Shown here: piece after piece, positions 63,030 to 64,000 of the stretch
Layout: each line of letters starts with the position of its first letter
Numbering within the stretch: position 1 is the first letter of the stretch
Assembly: GCF_052425735.1 (NCBI RefSeq)
Contig: NC_135761.1
Coordinates: 5,022,001-5,086,000 of the forward strand
DNA length: 64,000 nucleotides
Direction: 5' to 3'
Source of the DNA: Oculina patagonica
Taxonomy: Eukaryota
Position numbers and translations under genes: made by a program
Notes under the pieces: generated by a model
Seen by the model: the letters and a program-made list of their open reading frames with translations, nothing else
Told to the model about the DNA's origin: nothing
The model's database searches: none

Positions 63030-64000
63030 TTAACATTTAAATATTTTGCAATGCCTCGCAGGAGGTCGTGAGACGTGGTCGTACCACAACAGTTTGTAGG
63101 ATCGATCTTCTGATAGCATCTCATTTCCATGGCTTGTATTCTTTGTTTCAGAAGCGTATAAGCGTGTTCGGCTTGTATTTCTTTTTTTCAGAAGCGTACA
63201 GTATGGTGCAAGTGATAAGAGAGAGCGCCGGTTTTATTTTAAAAGTAAAGGTGGTGTTTCTGTCGTTCCAGCGCTACTGATGTCTGCGCAATGCTGGAAA
63301 GTATCCCAGGTTGGGAACCCTCGTCTGTACCAATTCTTGGTAGGTACTTGAGCCTTTTTACCGTTTGAAGTCCCTGTTCGTTGAGTCTAATCACAGTACG
63401 CTGTCGGTCTTTCAGCGTTGATCTATATTTCATAACCCTCGGAGGTTTTGGTGAGGCATCCCACTACTTCTCCCACTAAGCCATTGATATAACTGATCAG
63501 CGAAGCGAAAGTTGTTTATAGTTGTGGCAGTATTTTTATGGTCTTTCAAGGCATCTGTCTTTTTAGAAAGATGTTAACGTTGGATACATTGGGTAAATAT
63601 AAACATCCCTGTCGGACTCCAGCTAGTTTGTTACTTGAAACCAGTCCTCTAGTGACATTTCCATGACGGTGTCAGTGACACGGACAAGATTGGCATTGAT
63701 GTCGCGCGATCGCATGACATACCCTATTAAAGGCCTCCCTGAAGTCTACAGGGACATGTATGAGGTCTTACAGGTGCCGCTGATGTTTCTTGCAAAGTCC
63801 TGTAGTGTCCGTCCTTCTCAAACACCTTCAAGGTCTTGATAATTGATCTTGAGATTGTTTCGTATAATCTTAAGATTGACTTTTCATGGGTGGAAAATGA
63901 AGCGTGCAGATGAGATGACGTTATGATTGGGTTCATGGGGTGGGTCAATCTTCTGTCTGTCATGACAGTATGTTGTGACTGTTGTGAGTGATTGTGATCA
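63030..64000 (-). mobile_element. Decayed RTE-type LINE reverse transcriptase relic
   Basis: Broken frames give VDFREAFNRV (about 63750-63721), GVRQGC (63620-63603), INNFRFAD (63519-63496) and LQTVKRLKYL...DEGSQPGILSSIAQTSVAL. Confidence 0.75.

Overview
Eukaryotic genomic DNA (GT-AG introns, many MITE/SINE/LINE fragments). The repeat types look like a stony coral or other anthozoan, which is an inference. 0.8-22 kb is a cluster of seven intronless genes for secreted class-3 (GHSLG) lipases with an N-terminal Cys-rich PSI-like module. Four are on the + strand with a basic tail (type A), two on the - strand with a GPI-signal-like tail (type B), and one - strand copy is frameshifted (type C); there is also one orphan promoter. 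The cluster shows recent unequal crossover, conversion tracts and promoter replacement. It is followed by a 14-exon mitochondrial cysteine desulfurase NFS1 (-, 23723-36167), a 4-exon SLC16/monocarboxylate transporter with a very long acidic tail (+, 39835-46457), a small cytochrome b5 with no apparent membrane anchor (+, 57119-60835) and a decayed RTE-type LINE at the right edge. Unusual mobile structures are two different LINE 3' ends fused head-to-head in NFS1 intron 7, and a tRNA-like, tandem, partly inverted 262-bp-unit insertion in a cytochrome b5 intron. All alignments were done by eye; no database searches were run.
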